The translations under genes and the position numbers were made by a program. Under the pieces are notes generated by a model. The model saw only the letters and a program-made list of their open reading frames with translations, did no database searches and was not told where the DNA came from. Of a stretch of DNA of 64,000 nucleotides, positions 32,976-42,309 are shown piece by piece; position 1 is the first letter of the stretch; the number at the start of each line of letters is the position of its first letter. Source of the stretch: an uncultured Acidobacteriota bacterium (GTDB lineage Bacteria; Acidobacteriota; Terriglobia; Terriglobales; Acidobacteriaceae); assembly GCA_963793945.1 (NCBI GenBank), contig CAWCCE010000001.1:525716-589715 (forward strand), given 5' to 3'.

Positions 32976-34070
32976 ATGACGGCCGAAGTGAATTCCAAAC
33001 CGAATTCAGCAAACGCGTCTTCCACGGCGGCACCAGCTTCCATGCTGGAGAAGCCGATCTACGATCCGAACGCGCCTTCAGCGATCGAGGTGGATCACAT
33101 CATCAAGAAGTACGGTGACTTCACGGCGGTCGATGACGTTTCGTTCAGCGTGAAAGAAGGAGAAATCTTCGGATTGCTGGGACCGAACGGAGCCGGGAAG
33201 TCGACCTTGATCAGAATGATGACCACTCTCATTCCAATCACGTCTGGCCATGCGCGCATCGCGGGACACGATGTAGCGAAGGAGCCGAATGCGGCCCGTC
33301 GCATGATTGGCGTGATCCCGCAGGCGCTGACCAGCGACCTCGATCTGACGGTCGAGGAGAACATGAATATTTATGCCAAGCTCTACGACGTTCCCGCGAA
33401 AGAACGGAAGCAATCGATTGAAGAGCTTCTTGAGCTTGTTGATTTGACCAAGTGGCGCAATGCGGCAACCAAGACGCTCTCTGGAGGCATGCGGCGACGA
33501 CTCGAGATCGCGCGCGGGCTGGTACACCATCCGAAAATCTTCTTTTTGGACGAGCCGACGACGGGGTTGGACCCGGTTTCACGCGTGGCTGTCTGGGAGA
33601 TGCTGGGCAATATCAAGGAGCACCGGCAGCTCACCATTCTGATCACGACGCACTACATGGACGAGGCGGACCGCCTGTGCGACCGGATTGCAATTGTCGA
33701 TCACGGCAAGCTAGTTGCGCTTGATACGCCCACGGCTCTAAAGGCGAGTGTACCCGGATCGAACGTGATCGAGGCGCAGTTCGAGAATCCCCCGGCAGAT
33801 TGGGAGCAGCGGCTGCATGCACTCGGGGATGTCACTTCAGTACAGCATGAGGGTGCGGGCATGTATCGCGTGCTGACCGGTAACGGATCGCTCACGACCA
33901 CCCAACTCGTCGAGATGTCGGTGCACAGTAAAGTGCTGGTGAAGTCGCTCTCGGTGCAGAACACGACACTCGACGATGTTTTCGTGCATTACACCGGCCG
34001 GCAGCTGCGCGATGAATTGCAGAAATCGTATGCGTTTGTGATGCCGCAGCGGCCGGGATTGCAGCCATAG
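32976..34070 (+). CDS. ABC transporter ATP-binding protein (DrrA/ABC-2 type)
   Basis: Walker A GPNGAGKST, signature LSGGMRRR, Walker B IFFLDEPTTGLD, H-loop TTHYM, plus a C-terminal regulatory domain. Confidence 0.9.
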   Translation: MTAEVNSKPNSANASSTAAPASMLEKPIYDPNAPSAIEVDHIIKKYGDFTAVDDVSFSVKEGEIFGLLGPNGAGKSTLIRMMTTLIPITSGHARIAGHDVAKEPNAARRMIGVIPQALTSDLDLTVEENMNIYAKLYDVPAKERKQSIEELLELVDLTKWRNAATKTLSGGMRRRLEIARGLVHHPKIFFLDEPTTGLDPVSRVAVWEMLGNIKEHRQLTILITTHYMDEADRLCDRIAIVDHGKLVALDTPTALKASVPGSNVIEAQFENPPADWEQRLHALGDVTSVQHEGAGMYRVLTGNGSLTTTQLVEMSVHSKVLVKSLSVQNTTLDDVFVHYTGRQLRDELQKSYAFVMPQRPGLQP

Positions 34071-34075
34071 AGTCT

Positions 34076-34146
34076 GTCGTTCGTCGCTGGTCGTTGCCCA
34101 GGTTGCTCATAATCACCGGCTTTGCAAACGACTACCGACTATCGAC
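34076..34146 (+). repeat. word hairpin, GTCG(NNN) x3 with complementary CGAC arm, inside the ABC operon
   Basis: GTCGTTCGTCGCTGGTCGTTG (34076-96) faces CAAACGACTACCGACTATCGAC (34125-46). GTCG/CGAC words pair at a 7-nt period. Lies between the ATPase stop and the permease start. Confidence 0.6.
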
Positions 34147-34180
34147 TGCGGGTTCACGACCAAGAAGTGGAGATGTACGA

Positions 34181-35293
34181 ATGAATCGAATGATGGCGAT
34201 TGTCGAGCGCGAGATGCGCAAGTTCTTCCGGTCGCCGGCGCTGATGCTCGCGTCGATGATCTTTCCTCTCGTCCAGTTGATTATTCTGGGCAACGCCTTT
34301 GGCGGCAAGATTCATGATGCCAAAATAGCCTTCGTCGACGAAGACGGGGGACCTCAGGCGGTAAGAATTCGCGAAGCTTTCGATGCCGTCCGCGCCAACA
34401 TTCGCACGTTTGTGCCGATTGACTACGACGACGAGAAACAGGCCGTAAAGGACGTACGCGATGGGAAACTGCAAGGCGCGGTGATCATTCCTCCGCAATA
34501 TTCGCAGCACGTCTACGAGGAAAACCATCCGCGAATCGGGCTGGTGGTCGACAACAGCGACAATTTTATGAGTTCGGCTGTCGAGTCAGAACTGACAGAC
34601 CTGACCAACGCACTCAATCAGCCGACAGTTTCGCCGCGCATTCTGCAGCAAACCGCGCTCGATATCGTCGAACTCTATCCGTACATCGAATACATGAAGT
34701 ACCTGCTGCCGGGGTCGCTGGTGCTGGCGATGTTTGTTTCGGTGATGATTGGCGGCGGCATGCTCTACATCGATGACAAGGCGCGCGGAGTGCACGAAGG
34801 CTATCTGGTCACGCCGATCACGAAACTCGAGTTGGTGCTCGGACTGAATCTTGCGGGTGCGATCAAGGCTGTGATGACCGGCGTGATCATCGTGGGAATC
34901 GGGTCGATGATGGCTGGGGTAGGCACGATTTTCAATCCCCTGACTATGTTCGGGCTGGTGATCATGATCGTGCTGACATCACTGGCCTTCAATACGATGA
35001 TGTTTCTGTTGATGGTGCGAATTGAAGATCCGCTGGTGCCTCGCGCGATGTTCGGTATTCTCAACACGCTCTTATTCTTTCCGAGCGGCTCGGTGTATCC
35101 GATTCAGGCGTTTCCGCGGTGGCTGCGGGCGATTGCGAAGTGTGATCCGTTTACCTACGCCGTGGACGGCTTCAAGTGCCTGCTGCTGAAAGAGACCTCG
35201 CTGTCGGCAGTTTGGGGAGACATGCTGTTCTTGTCGATTTTTGCGGCCGTTACGCTCGGGATCGCGATTCCGCTGTTCAAGAGAACTCTCTGA
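34181..35293 (+). CDS. ABC-2 type transporter permease
   Basis: MNRMMAIVEREMRKFFRSP N-terminus typical of ABC-2. Large extracytoplasmic loop, then 5 C-terminal TMs. GGAG RBS upstream of ATG 34181. Confidence 0.85.
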   Translation: MNRMMAIVEREMRKFFRSPALMLASMIFPLVQLIILGNAFGGKIHDAKIAFVDEDGGPQAVRIREAFDAVRANIRTFVPIDYDDEKQAVKDVRDGKLQGAVIIPPQYSQHVYEENHPRIGLVVDNSDNFMSSAVESELTDLTNALNQPTVSPRILQQTALDIVELYPYIEYMKYLLPGSLVLAMFVSVMIGGGMLYIDDKARGVHEGYLVTPITKLELVLGLNLAGAIKAVMTGVIIVGIGSMMAGVGTIFNPLTMFGLVIMIVLTSLAFNTMMFLLMVRIEDPLVPRAMFGILNTLLFFPSGSVYPIQAFPRWLRAIAKCDPFTYAVDGFKCLLLKETSLSAVWGDMLFLSIFAAVTLGIAIPLFKRTL

Positions 35294-35295
35294 AC

Positions 35296-35337
35296 ATTGA
35301 GCAATTGGCAAATCGGCTAATTGTGTAATTGAAAACC
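35296..35337 (+). repeat. AATTG/GTAATT word element, copy 3 (intact left arm, degenerate right arm)
   Basis: ATTGAGCAATTGGCAAATCGGCTAATTGTGTAATTGAAAACC aligns with the left arm and loop start of copy 2. Begins 3 nt after the permease stop. Confidence 0.6.
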
Positions 35338-35426
35338 AAAGGCGTGCTTCCGAACAGCCTGGGTTCTCATTACTCTTCATTTGGGAACTTTTGCGTTCTT
35401 CGCCGTGTCCGTTATGCTAGAGAGGT

Positions 35427-35885
35427 ATGACTCTTCTGGACGCTGCAGAATACGATCCCGAGAAGGCGCGAAAACGGACGCGCAAAATTATTGCAGGCAT
35501 CGCTATCGTCTTAATTCTGGCTGGACTAGGCTGGTGGTTTCGCTACTGGCCGGAGGAGCGCCTCGTCGGTCATTTCTTCGACGCGCTGCAGAAGCAGGAT
35601 TACAAGACTGCATATGGGCTATGGATGCACGATCCCGATTGGTCGCAGCATCCGGATAAGTTCCCAAAATATCCGTACGGCGACTTCTACCGTGACTGGG
35701 GACCCGGCGGTGAATGGGGATTGATCAAGACCCAGAAGGTCTATGGCGCGAGCACATGCCCCGGCCCGGGCAGTGGAGTTGTGGTCGACGTCATCGTGAA
35801 CGATCGCGCCGAGCACGCACAAGTGTGGGTGGAGAAAGGCGACAAGACGTTGAGCTATCCGCCATGCGAGCTAATTTTCCACTGA
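35427..35885 (+). CDS. hypothetical membrane-anchored protein
   Basis: 152 aa. Basic N-terminus plus one TM (IIAGIAIVLILAGLGWWF), then a W/Y/D-rich soluble domain. The 3' end overlaps the fabD 3' end by 15 nt (convergent). Confidence 0.55.
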   Translation: MTLLDAAEYDPEKARKRTRKIIAGIAIVLILAGLGWWFRYWPEERLVGHFFDALQKQDYKTAYGLWMHDPDWSQHPDKFPKYPYGDFYRDWGPGGEWGLIKTQKVYGASTCPGPGSGVVVDVIVNDRAEHAQVWVEKGDKTLSYPPCELIFH

Positions 35886-36842
35886 GGCACTGTTAGCGGG
35901 AGCTTTTTCGAGAGCCTCCAGCATTTTCGAAAGAGACGCGTCGTCGCCAACGTTCAAGCAAGTTTTCGAGCGGTCAATCTGCCGCATCAATCCGCACAAA
36001 ACTTTTCCCGGACCCACTTCGATGAAGGTCTGAACGCCTTGCGCGATGAGCAAGCGCATGCACTGGTCCCACTGGACCGCGCCGGTCACTTGGCGGACGA
36101 GAGTATCAAGCGCGCGTAAGTCGTCTGTCACAAGCTCTGCATCCACGTTGCAGGCGACCGGGTAAACCGGCTTGTGCCTAGTGAGGTTGTTAAGATCCTT
36201 CTCCAGGCGGTCCTGCGCGGGTTTCATCAGAGAACAATGGAAGGGGGCACTGACCGGCAGCAGTTTGGCGCGCTTGGCGCCGCGCTCGTCAGCGAGTTTT
36301 GCGGCGCGCTCGACAGCGGTCGTGTTCCCGGAGATCACGATCTGCTCCGGTGAGTTGATATTCGCGGGAGAGCAGACTTCATTCTGCGCGGCGTCTTGGC
36401 ACACAGCGGTGACTTTTTCCAGATCCATGCCGAGGATGGCGGCCATTGCGCCGACACCGACCGGGACAGCTTCCTGCATATACTTGCCGCGATTACGAAC
36501 CGTACGTACGGCGTCGGCAAACGTGAAGGTTCCGGAGGCAACGTGGGCGGCGTATTCTCCGAGACTGTGTCCGGCGACGTAGCTCGGCTTTGGAAGACGC
36601 GTCTCGAGCACGCGGAGAGCGGCGATCGATGTGGTCAGCATCGCGGGCTGCGTGATCTCGGTGAGGCGGAGTTGATCTTCCGGTCCCTCGAAGCACAACT
36701 GGGACAGCTTGTAGCCGAGGGCTTCGTCGGCCTCTTCAAAGGTCTGCCGAGCCACAGGATATTTTTCGGCCAAATCTTTGCCCATACCAACGGCCTGCGA
36801 GCCTTGGCCCGGGAAGAGAAATGCGATGGTGGTATCAATCAT
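35871..36842 (-). CDS. fabD: malonyl CoA-ACP transacylase
   Basis: FLFPGQGSQ.VGMG; active site GHSLGEY.A; Q..V.W pattern. Confidence 0.95.
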   Translation of the reverse strand: MIDTTIAFLFPGQGSQAVGMGKDLAEKYPVARQTFEEADEALGYKLSQLCFEGPEDQLRLTEITQPAMLTTSIAALRVLETRLPKPSYVAGHSLGEYAAHVASGTFTFADAVRTVRNRGKYMQEAVPVGVGAMAAILGMDLEKVTAVCQDAAQNEVCSPANINSPEQIVISGNTTAVERAAKLADERGAKRAKLLPVSAPFHCSLMKPAQDRLEKDLNNLTRHKPVYPVACNVDAELVTDDLRALDTLVRQVTGAVQWDQCMRLLIAQGVQTFIEVGPGKVLCGLMRQIDRSKTCLNVGDDASLSKMLEALEKAPANSASVEN

Positions 36843-36851
36843 GGGATCAGT

Positions 36852-37898
36852 TCAGTTGGACTGCGTTACTGCTTCGTTCGTTGCCGGATGAAGAGCGGCC
36901 AGGCCACTCTCGATCGACTGGTTGACGCCGCTCTCAGAGAATTCCGCAGCAACCCGCACTGCGTTCTTCATGGCATTGGCGTTCGAAGATCCGTGCGTGA
37001 TGATGCATACGCCCTTCACGCCCAGCAGTGGCGCGCCTCCGTACTCTGTGTGGTCGAGACGCTTCTTAAAGTCAGTGAAGGCGCTGCGGGATAGCAAGGC
37101 TCCGACCTGGCGCGTGATCGTTGCTTTCAGCGATTCTTTCAAAGCGGTGCGAACCAGGTTTGCTACGCCTTCGGAGATTTTCAGCGCAACATTTCCGACA
37201 AAGCCGTCGGCCACGATGACATCGACTTCTCCGTTATAGAGATCGCGTCCTTCAACGTTCCCGACAAAATTCAGGGGAAGCTGCTTGAGAAGCTGGAAGG
37301 CTTCGCGAGTGAGATCGTTGCCTTTGGACTCTTCTTCGCCGATGGAGAGCAGGCCGACGCGAGGTCCGCGAGTGCCGGGCTTGCGGCCGAACATGGCGCG
37401 GAAATAAACGTCTCCCATGACGGCGAATTGTTCGAGATTCTGCGCCGAGCAATCGACGTTGGCGCCGACATCGAGGAGCATGGCGGGATTCCCTGGGGCA
37501 GTGGGAAAGACAGCGGCGAGCGCGGGACGATCGACGCCGGGAACCGCGCCGAGGACAATCTTGGCGGTCGCCATGGCGGCGCCGGTGTTTCCGGCAGTGA
37601 CGAATCCGGCAGCCTGTCCTTCGCGCACCATGCGCAGGCCGACGCGCATGGAAGAATCGCGCTTGGCGCGGATGGCCTCCACCTTGTCGTCCATGGTGAT
37701 GTATTCGCTGGCGTGGACGATTTCGATGGGCAGGCGGCGAGCGGCCGAGTGACGGTCAAGTTCTGTCCTGACGATGGTCTCGGGACCGATCAGCAGAACG
37801 CGCACGCCGTATTGGCGCGCGGCCTGAATCGCGCCCTCGATTTCAGGCTTGGGCGCGCGATCCGAACCCATCGCATCCAGCGCGATGACGCTAGGCAT
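36852..37898 (-). CDS. plsX: phosphate acyltransferase
   Basis: IALDAMG.D..P; L.GP.E......; [10 protein letters not shown]; conserved rpmF-plsX context. Confidence 0.95.
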   Translation of the reverse strand: MPSVIALDAMGSDRAPKPEIEGAIQAARQYGVRVLLIGPETIVRTELDRHSAARRLPIEIVHASEYITMDDKVEAIRAKRDSSMRVGLRMVREGQAAGFVTAGNTGAAMATAKIVLGAVPGVDRPALAAVFPTAPGNPAMLLDVGANVDCSAQNLEQFAVMGDVYFRAMFGRKPGTRGPRVGLLSIGEEESKGNDLTREAFQLLKQLPLNFVGNVEGRDLYNGEVDVIVADGFVGNVALKISEGVANLVRTALKESLKATITRQVGALLSRSAFTDFKKRLDHTEYGGAPLLGVKGVCIITHGSSNANAMKNAVRVAAEFSESGVNQSIESGLAALHPATNEAVTQSN

Positions 37899-37912
37899 GG
37901 TGTGTGATGAAA

Positions 37913-38098
37913 CTAGCTGGTTTCCTCAACGTCGAGTACTTCGCGTCCCTTATAGTAACCGCATTTCGGACAAGCGCGGTGGGGCATCTTTTTCTCGTGA
38001 CAGTTGGGACATTCGGAGAGGCTGTGGCTTTTCAGAGCATCGTGAGCCCGCCGGGTAGAGGTGCGTTTCTGGGAGTGTCGCCGCTTTGGATTAGGCAT
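37913..38098 (-). CDS. rpmF: 50S ribosomal protein L32
   Basis: [10 protein letters not shown]...RR.H. plus CPNCHE...PHR.CP.CG.Y; 61 aa. Confidence 0.95.
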   Translation of the reverse strand: MPNPKRRHSQKRTSTRRAHDALKSHSLSECPNCHEKKMPHRACPKCGYYKGREVLDVEETS

Positions 38099-38235
38099 GG
38101 TATTGAATTCCTTGTAAAAAGCTGTCGGCTCTCAGCCATCAACTTTGACTTGATACCGATTGTTCGTGTGAAACCGGACTTGGTGAAGGAGTGTCTCAGG
38201 CTAACAGCTGATAGCCGAAAGCCGAGAGCTCTTTC

Positions 38236-38787
38236 TTACTTCTCAATTCTGTCGCGGATCTGTTTCAACGCCGCCCAGCGCGGATCCTCGACTGCGGTCG
38301 AGCAGGAACATTGTTCCTGATTCAGATTCTTGCCGCACTGCGGGCATAATCCTTTGCAGTCCGGGCCACACGTAACCTTCAACGGCAGCGCCAGTAAAAC
38401 CTGCTCGCGCAGGACATCTTCGAGCAGAAGGCCGTCGCCCTGATAATAGCCGATCTCAGCTTCTGCGTCGGTAACAGAAAGTTCGTCGCGGCCTGCATCG
38501 GTGCCCACGGGCCGATAGAGCAATTCAAAATCACGCGTGACATCTTGCTTTACCGGCTCAAGGCAGCGCGCGCACTGCAACTCAAGCCCCGCCGACAGGT
38601 GACCTCTCAGGCGTATGTCCTGAATTATCTTCTGTTTGCCGTGATGCTCCTCGATCACTTCGGCGTGCCCAGAGGCCTTTAGCGGAGTGCGCTGGCGAGC
38701 GTCGGGTCCAAGGTCGATGACACCGGGCTGAAACTCCTCCTCAAAATCGAGAGGATGACGTTCCAAATCTTTGATGTCGAGGAACAT
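38236..38787 (-). CDS. yceD: YceD/DUF177 family protein (large ribosomal RNA subunit accumulation protein)
   Basis: Conserved position upstream of rpmF. C-terminal C..C...C.....C cluster (CKGLCPQCGKNLN...C.C). Confidence 0.88.
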   Translation of the reverse strand: MFLDIKDLERHPLDFEEEFQPGVIDLGPDARQRTPLKASGHAEVIEEHHGKQKIIQDIRLRGHLSAGLELQCARCLEPVKQDVTRDFELLYRPVGTDAGRDELSVTDAEAEIGYYQGDGLLLEDVLREQVLLALPLKVTCGPDCKGLCPQCGKNLNQEQCSCSTAVEDPRWAALKQIRDRIEK

Positions 38788-38941
38788 GGCGAAATCTCCG
38801 CGGCGATCGCGCCGACAACGGCCCGCGGAAGCACGCCAAGAGGCGTAAGTACCGCAAGGAACAAGACTTAGGATAAAGCCAAGAGTGTACGTGTGTCAAG
38901 AAAAGGGGAGGAGGAAATAGACTCTTGGTGTGCTAGACTTA

Positions 38942-38960
38942 CCATAGGGAAACCCTATGG
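38942..38960 (+). promoter_or_regulatory. palindrome overlapping the antitoxin start codon (candidate VapB operator or translational hairpin)
   Basis: CCATAGGG-AAA-CCCTATGG is a perfect 8-bp inverted repeat. The ATG at 38957-59 lies in the right arm. Confidence 0.45.
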
Positions 38961-39208
38961 CGACACTTTACGTGGAGAACCTACCTGACGACCTGCATAA
39001 GGCTTTGAAGAAACGTGCCCGAGCGAATCGCAGCTCGATCGCATCCGAGGTGATCGCGCTGTTAAAGCAGTTCGTTCCGACTGAGGCAGAGCTAAAACGG
39101 CGGCGAGAGTTTTATGACCGGCTAGCCGAACTGCGAGCCAAGCCTCCTATTGGACCCGGCCCCTTCCCCTCGGCGGAGGAGATGATTCGAGAGGATCGCG
39201 AGCGTTGA
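38957..39208 (+). CDS. vapB: ribbon-helix-helix antitoxin (FitA/VapB-like)
   Basis: MATLYVENLPDDLHKALKKRARANRSSIASEVIALLK is an Arc/MetJ-type RHH. Its stop overlaps the TTG start of the PIN gene (TTGA). Confidence 0.8.
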   Translation: MATLYVENLPDDLHKALKKRARANRSSIASEVIALLKQFVPTEAELKRRREFYDRLAELRAKPPIGPGPFPSAEEMIREDRER

Positions 39209-39642
39209 CCACTTTTGTTCTAGATGCGAGCGTCGCCGTGAAGTGGGCGATGCCGCTGGCTCTTGAGCCTCTGACCCGAGAAGCTTTGGATTTGATGAAG
39301 CGGTACGTCAAGGGCGAAGTGGAATTTATTGTCCCGGACATCTTCTGGGCTGAGGTGGGCAGCGTTCTTTGGAGAGGCGCGAAGCAGCAAAGATGGGAAA
39401 GTGGTCAAGCCGAAGCGGTGGCGCTCGACATCAGAGCTCGCAATTTCGAAACTATTCCTTCACAGCTATTAATGCATGAAGCTCTGCAGATCGCTTTCGC
39501 TTACGATAGGAATATCTACGACTGCCTGTACGCGGCTTTGGCCGTCGAATCGAAGGCCCCGTTAATCACCGCCGACGAGCGGCTGGCGAATGCGCTGGCT
39601 GCTCATCTTCCCGTGAAATGGCTTGGAGCGTTGAATTTGTAG
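39205..39642 (+). CDS. vapC: PIN-domain ribonuclease toxin
   Basis: FVLDASVAVKW (first acidic residue), ...YD..Y.ALA......L+TAD..L. 145 aa. 4-nt overlap with the antitoxin gene. Confidence 0.85.
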   Translation: MTTFVLDASVAVKWAMPLALEPLTREALDLMKRYVKGEVEFIVPDIFWAEVGSVLWRGAKQQRWESGQAEAVALDIRARNFETIPSQLLMHEALQIAFAYDRNIYDCLYAALAVESKAPLITADERLANALAAHLPVKWLGALNL

Positions 39643-39663
39643 GGGTATTATCCTCCGTCCCGT

Positions 39664-41415
39664 TCAATCCCCGAGTCGCAGAACTTCTACTGCGCGTGTC
39701 GGCACTTCCTCAAAGATAAGTCCTTTCTCGACCTCGATAGATGACTCTTCGATCCGGTGCGGGACGTACCAGAACACAACTGCGGCGGGCAGAAAAAAGA
39801 TCATGCGCAGTGGTTCCGACAGCGCCCATGACTCGATTTGCGGCGTGAGTACGGCGAAGAGGAAGAATCCGAAGAGCGTTCCTAGAAGAGTGACGATGGA
39901 GTGTTGCTGAAAGACCGGCAAAGGGCAGGTGAATGGCAGCTTGCGGAAGCGAATCAAGACCGCTTGCGTCAGAAGCACGGACCAGGCTGCGACGAGAAGC
40001 GTGTGCAGGCTGGCAACGATCCAGCCATAAAAGTACGTGTAAAGAGGAAGTGCGATCAGCACGAGCCACGGGACGATGAAAGTCAGGATCACATTTCTTG
40101 CCAGCGCGCGGCATTCGTGTTGCCCGGCGTCGAGCGTGAGGCGAAATATCCAGTTGGAGCGTACGTCAACTGGAATTTCGAAGACCAGGCGCACGCCAAC
40201 GACAATGAAGAAAACCAGAACGAATGGAATGGCGAGCGCGTCGGCCGACGGCGCCGATCCGCGCGCGGAATTCTGGGCCGCCGCAAGGAACTGCAAGCCC
40301 AACACCAGGCCAAGACCAGCAATCGCGGCAAGAGCCAGACGGTGAGCCTCGCTGCGGAATAGCGTTCTCCATACAAAATGGAAGCAGCCGCGCTGGAACG
40401 GCTCACGCAGGATCAAAGATTCAAACCAACCGAAGAAGGGCAACGGTTTGCCTCCTCGCCGGTTAGAAGGAATGTCCGCCATTTCCGGAATGCGAAGAAA
40501 GTGACGGCGATAGCCAAGCGCGTAGGCGCAAAAAGCGGCAGCCAACGCCACCGCGAGACCGGGAAGCGCCAGCCGTCCAAGCGCGGCGAGGGCCGGACTC
40601 GAGGCTCCGTGGAGCGACTGCCACATTCCCAGAAACCAACACGAAGGCAGGAGAATCAAACAAGCCTGAGCATCCAGTGGCACTCGTTGCAGTCTCTCTG
40701 GAATGGCGAAGCTTGTGCTCAGCATCGTCATGAAATACATCACGACCAGAACGCGGGCATACGGAGAAATCCTGCGGAAAACAAGCGGAGGCAGAACCAT
40801 GAGAAGGAATCCGAGCAGTGAGAGGACAGCGAGGAAAGCGAAGATGCTAGCCAGTCCAACAATCAAGACGTGAACAAGAGCGAATTTCACGAAGAAAAAG
40901 AACGATGTCTGCGATGCCCCGACGCCAAGAGGAAAGAGAACCGAAGAAGCAGCGTTGACGTCGATCGAAATGAGACTCGCCAGGAAGAGCACGGCGAAGA
41001 GATTCGCAAAGAAAATAGTCCAAGTGGAGATCGGCTGCGGCACTAGATTCATGTAATCGCGGCGATCTGGGAAGAGTGCATCCCAGCGCCAGACAGCCAC
41101 CGTCCCAGTTACCGCCATTGAGAGGGCGATGAAGAAATATTCATCCGGCATCGCGACGGCGGCTGGGTTGATATTGCGAGCGTCGCGCATCCACGACAGT
41201 AGCGTGGAGTACTTCACGAACATTAGAACGGATACGAATCCTCCGGGCAAAGCCAGAAGGGTGAGCACAAGGCCGACGCCGAGGTCGAGGCCTTCGGAGT
41301 CGGACTCACCGCCTCCGCGGAAAATACGCGCGACAAGAATTCGAAACAGCCGCCAGAACTGCCGCTCGCGATAGTAGTCCCACCATTGGCGGAATACTTC
41401 GAATGGAGAAGTCAT
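39664..41415 (-). CDS. polytopic membrane protein of unknown family (putative permease partner of the adjacent ABC ATPase)
   Basis: 583 aa and at least 12 hydrophobic segments by eye. ATGA overlap with the upstream ABC ATPase gene. No recognisable ABC-2/FtsX motifs. Confidence 0.6.
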   Translation of the reverse strand: MTSPFEVFRQWWDYYRERQFWRLFRILVARIFRGGGESDSEGLDLGVGLVLTLLALPGGFVSVLMFVKYSTLLSWMRDARNINPAAVAMPDEYFFIALSMAVTGTVAVWRWDALFPDRRDYMNLVPQPISTWTIFFANLFAVLFLASLISIDVNAASSVLFPLGVGASQTSFFFFVKFALVHVLIVGLASIFAFLAVLSLLGFLLMVLPPLVFRRISPYARVLVVMYFMTMLSTSFAIPERLQRVPLDAQACLILLPSCWFLGMWQSLHGASSPALAALGRLALPGLAVALAAAFCAYALGYRRHFLRIPEMADIPSNRRGGKPLPFFGWFESLILREPFQRGCFHFVWRTLFRSEAHRLALAAIAGLGLVLGLQFLAAAQNSARGSAPSADALAIPFVLVFFIVVGVRLVFEIPVDVRSNWIFRLTLDAGQHECRALARNVILTFIVPWLVLIALPLYTYFYGWIVASLHTLLVAAWSVLLTQAVLIRFRKLPFTCPLPVFQQHSIVTLLGTLFGFFLFAVLTPQIESWALSEPLRMIFFLPAAVVFWYVPHRIEESSIEVEKGLIFEEVPTRAVEVLRLGD

Positions 41416-42176
41416 GCGGCGCTCATTACGGAAACGATGTCGCTGGCGACGCGCGCCGTGTCCACATCGTCGACCAGATGGAGGAACGTATTCTCGAGGG
41501 ATTGTCCGAGAATCTTATGGATGTTGATCACTGAATCTTGCGCGATCACTGCGCCCTTGCGAAGGATCAGCACATCGGTGCAAACCTTCTCGACGACTTC
41601 GAGGACATGCGAACAATAGAAGACAAGTTTGCCGCTGCGGCCGAGCTCGTGCACAAGGTTCTTGAAGATTAAAGCCGACGTGACGTCCAATCCCGACAGT
41701 GGCTCGTCGAAGATGAAGATATCCGGATTGTCCATGAGGGCCGCGATGAGCAGAATGCGCTGTCGCATGCCCTTCGAATAGCTTCCGATGCCGGCGAAGC
41801 GGTGGGGATGCATCGAGAACAGTTCGAGCAGGGAATCGATCGTGATCGCGAGTTTTGTCCGAGGCATGCCACGAAGAGTGGCGATCATTTCCAGATATTC
41901 CCAGCCCGTCAGGTAAGGATAGAGATGGGCCTCCTCGGGGACGTAGCCCAGACGTTTCCGGAAACCGGGTAAGTCATGTCGGATGTCCTGGCCATACAGT
42001 TGCACGACACCGCGCGTGGGTTCGAGCAAACCGGTGAGCATTTTCACGGTCGTGCTTTTACCGGATCCGTTCGGGCCGAGACAGCCGAGGACTTGTCCGG
42101 GGCGCAAGGTGAACGACAAGTCTTGGACAGCGGGAAGGGAAGCGTAACGCTTGGTGAGATGCAGCGCCTCAAGCAT
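41412..42176 (-). CDS. ABC transporter ATP-binding protein
   Basis: Walker A GPNGSGKST, signature YSKGMRQR, Walker B IFIFDEPLSGLD, H-loop CSHV. Confidence 0.9.
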   Translation of the reverse strand: MLEALHLTKRYASLPAVQDLSFTLRPGQVLGCLGPNGSGKSTTVKMLTGLLEPTRGVVQLYGQDIRHDLPGFRKRLGYVPEEAHLYPYLTGWEYLEMIATLRGMPRTKLAITIDSLLELFSMHPHRFAGIGSYSKGMRQRILLIAALMDNPDIFIFDEPLSGLDVTSALIFKNLVHELGRSGKLVFYCSHVLEVVEKVCTDVLILRKGAVIAQDSVINIHKILGQSLENTFLHLVDDVDTARVASDIVSVMSAA

Positions 42177-42309
42177 AGTGATCTCCAGCGATGGAGTTTG
42201 TGGGCGACGATCTGAAAGCTAGAAAGACACGGGAACCCTAACGCGTTAGACACCGAACCAAAAGCACAAGCTCCCTGTTATTTTCGCGTCGAGAGCGACG
42301 ATTCATTGA

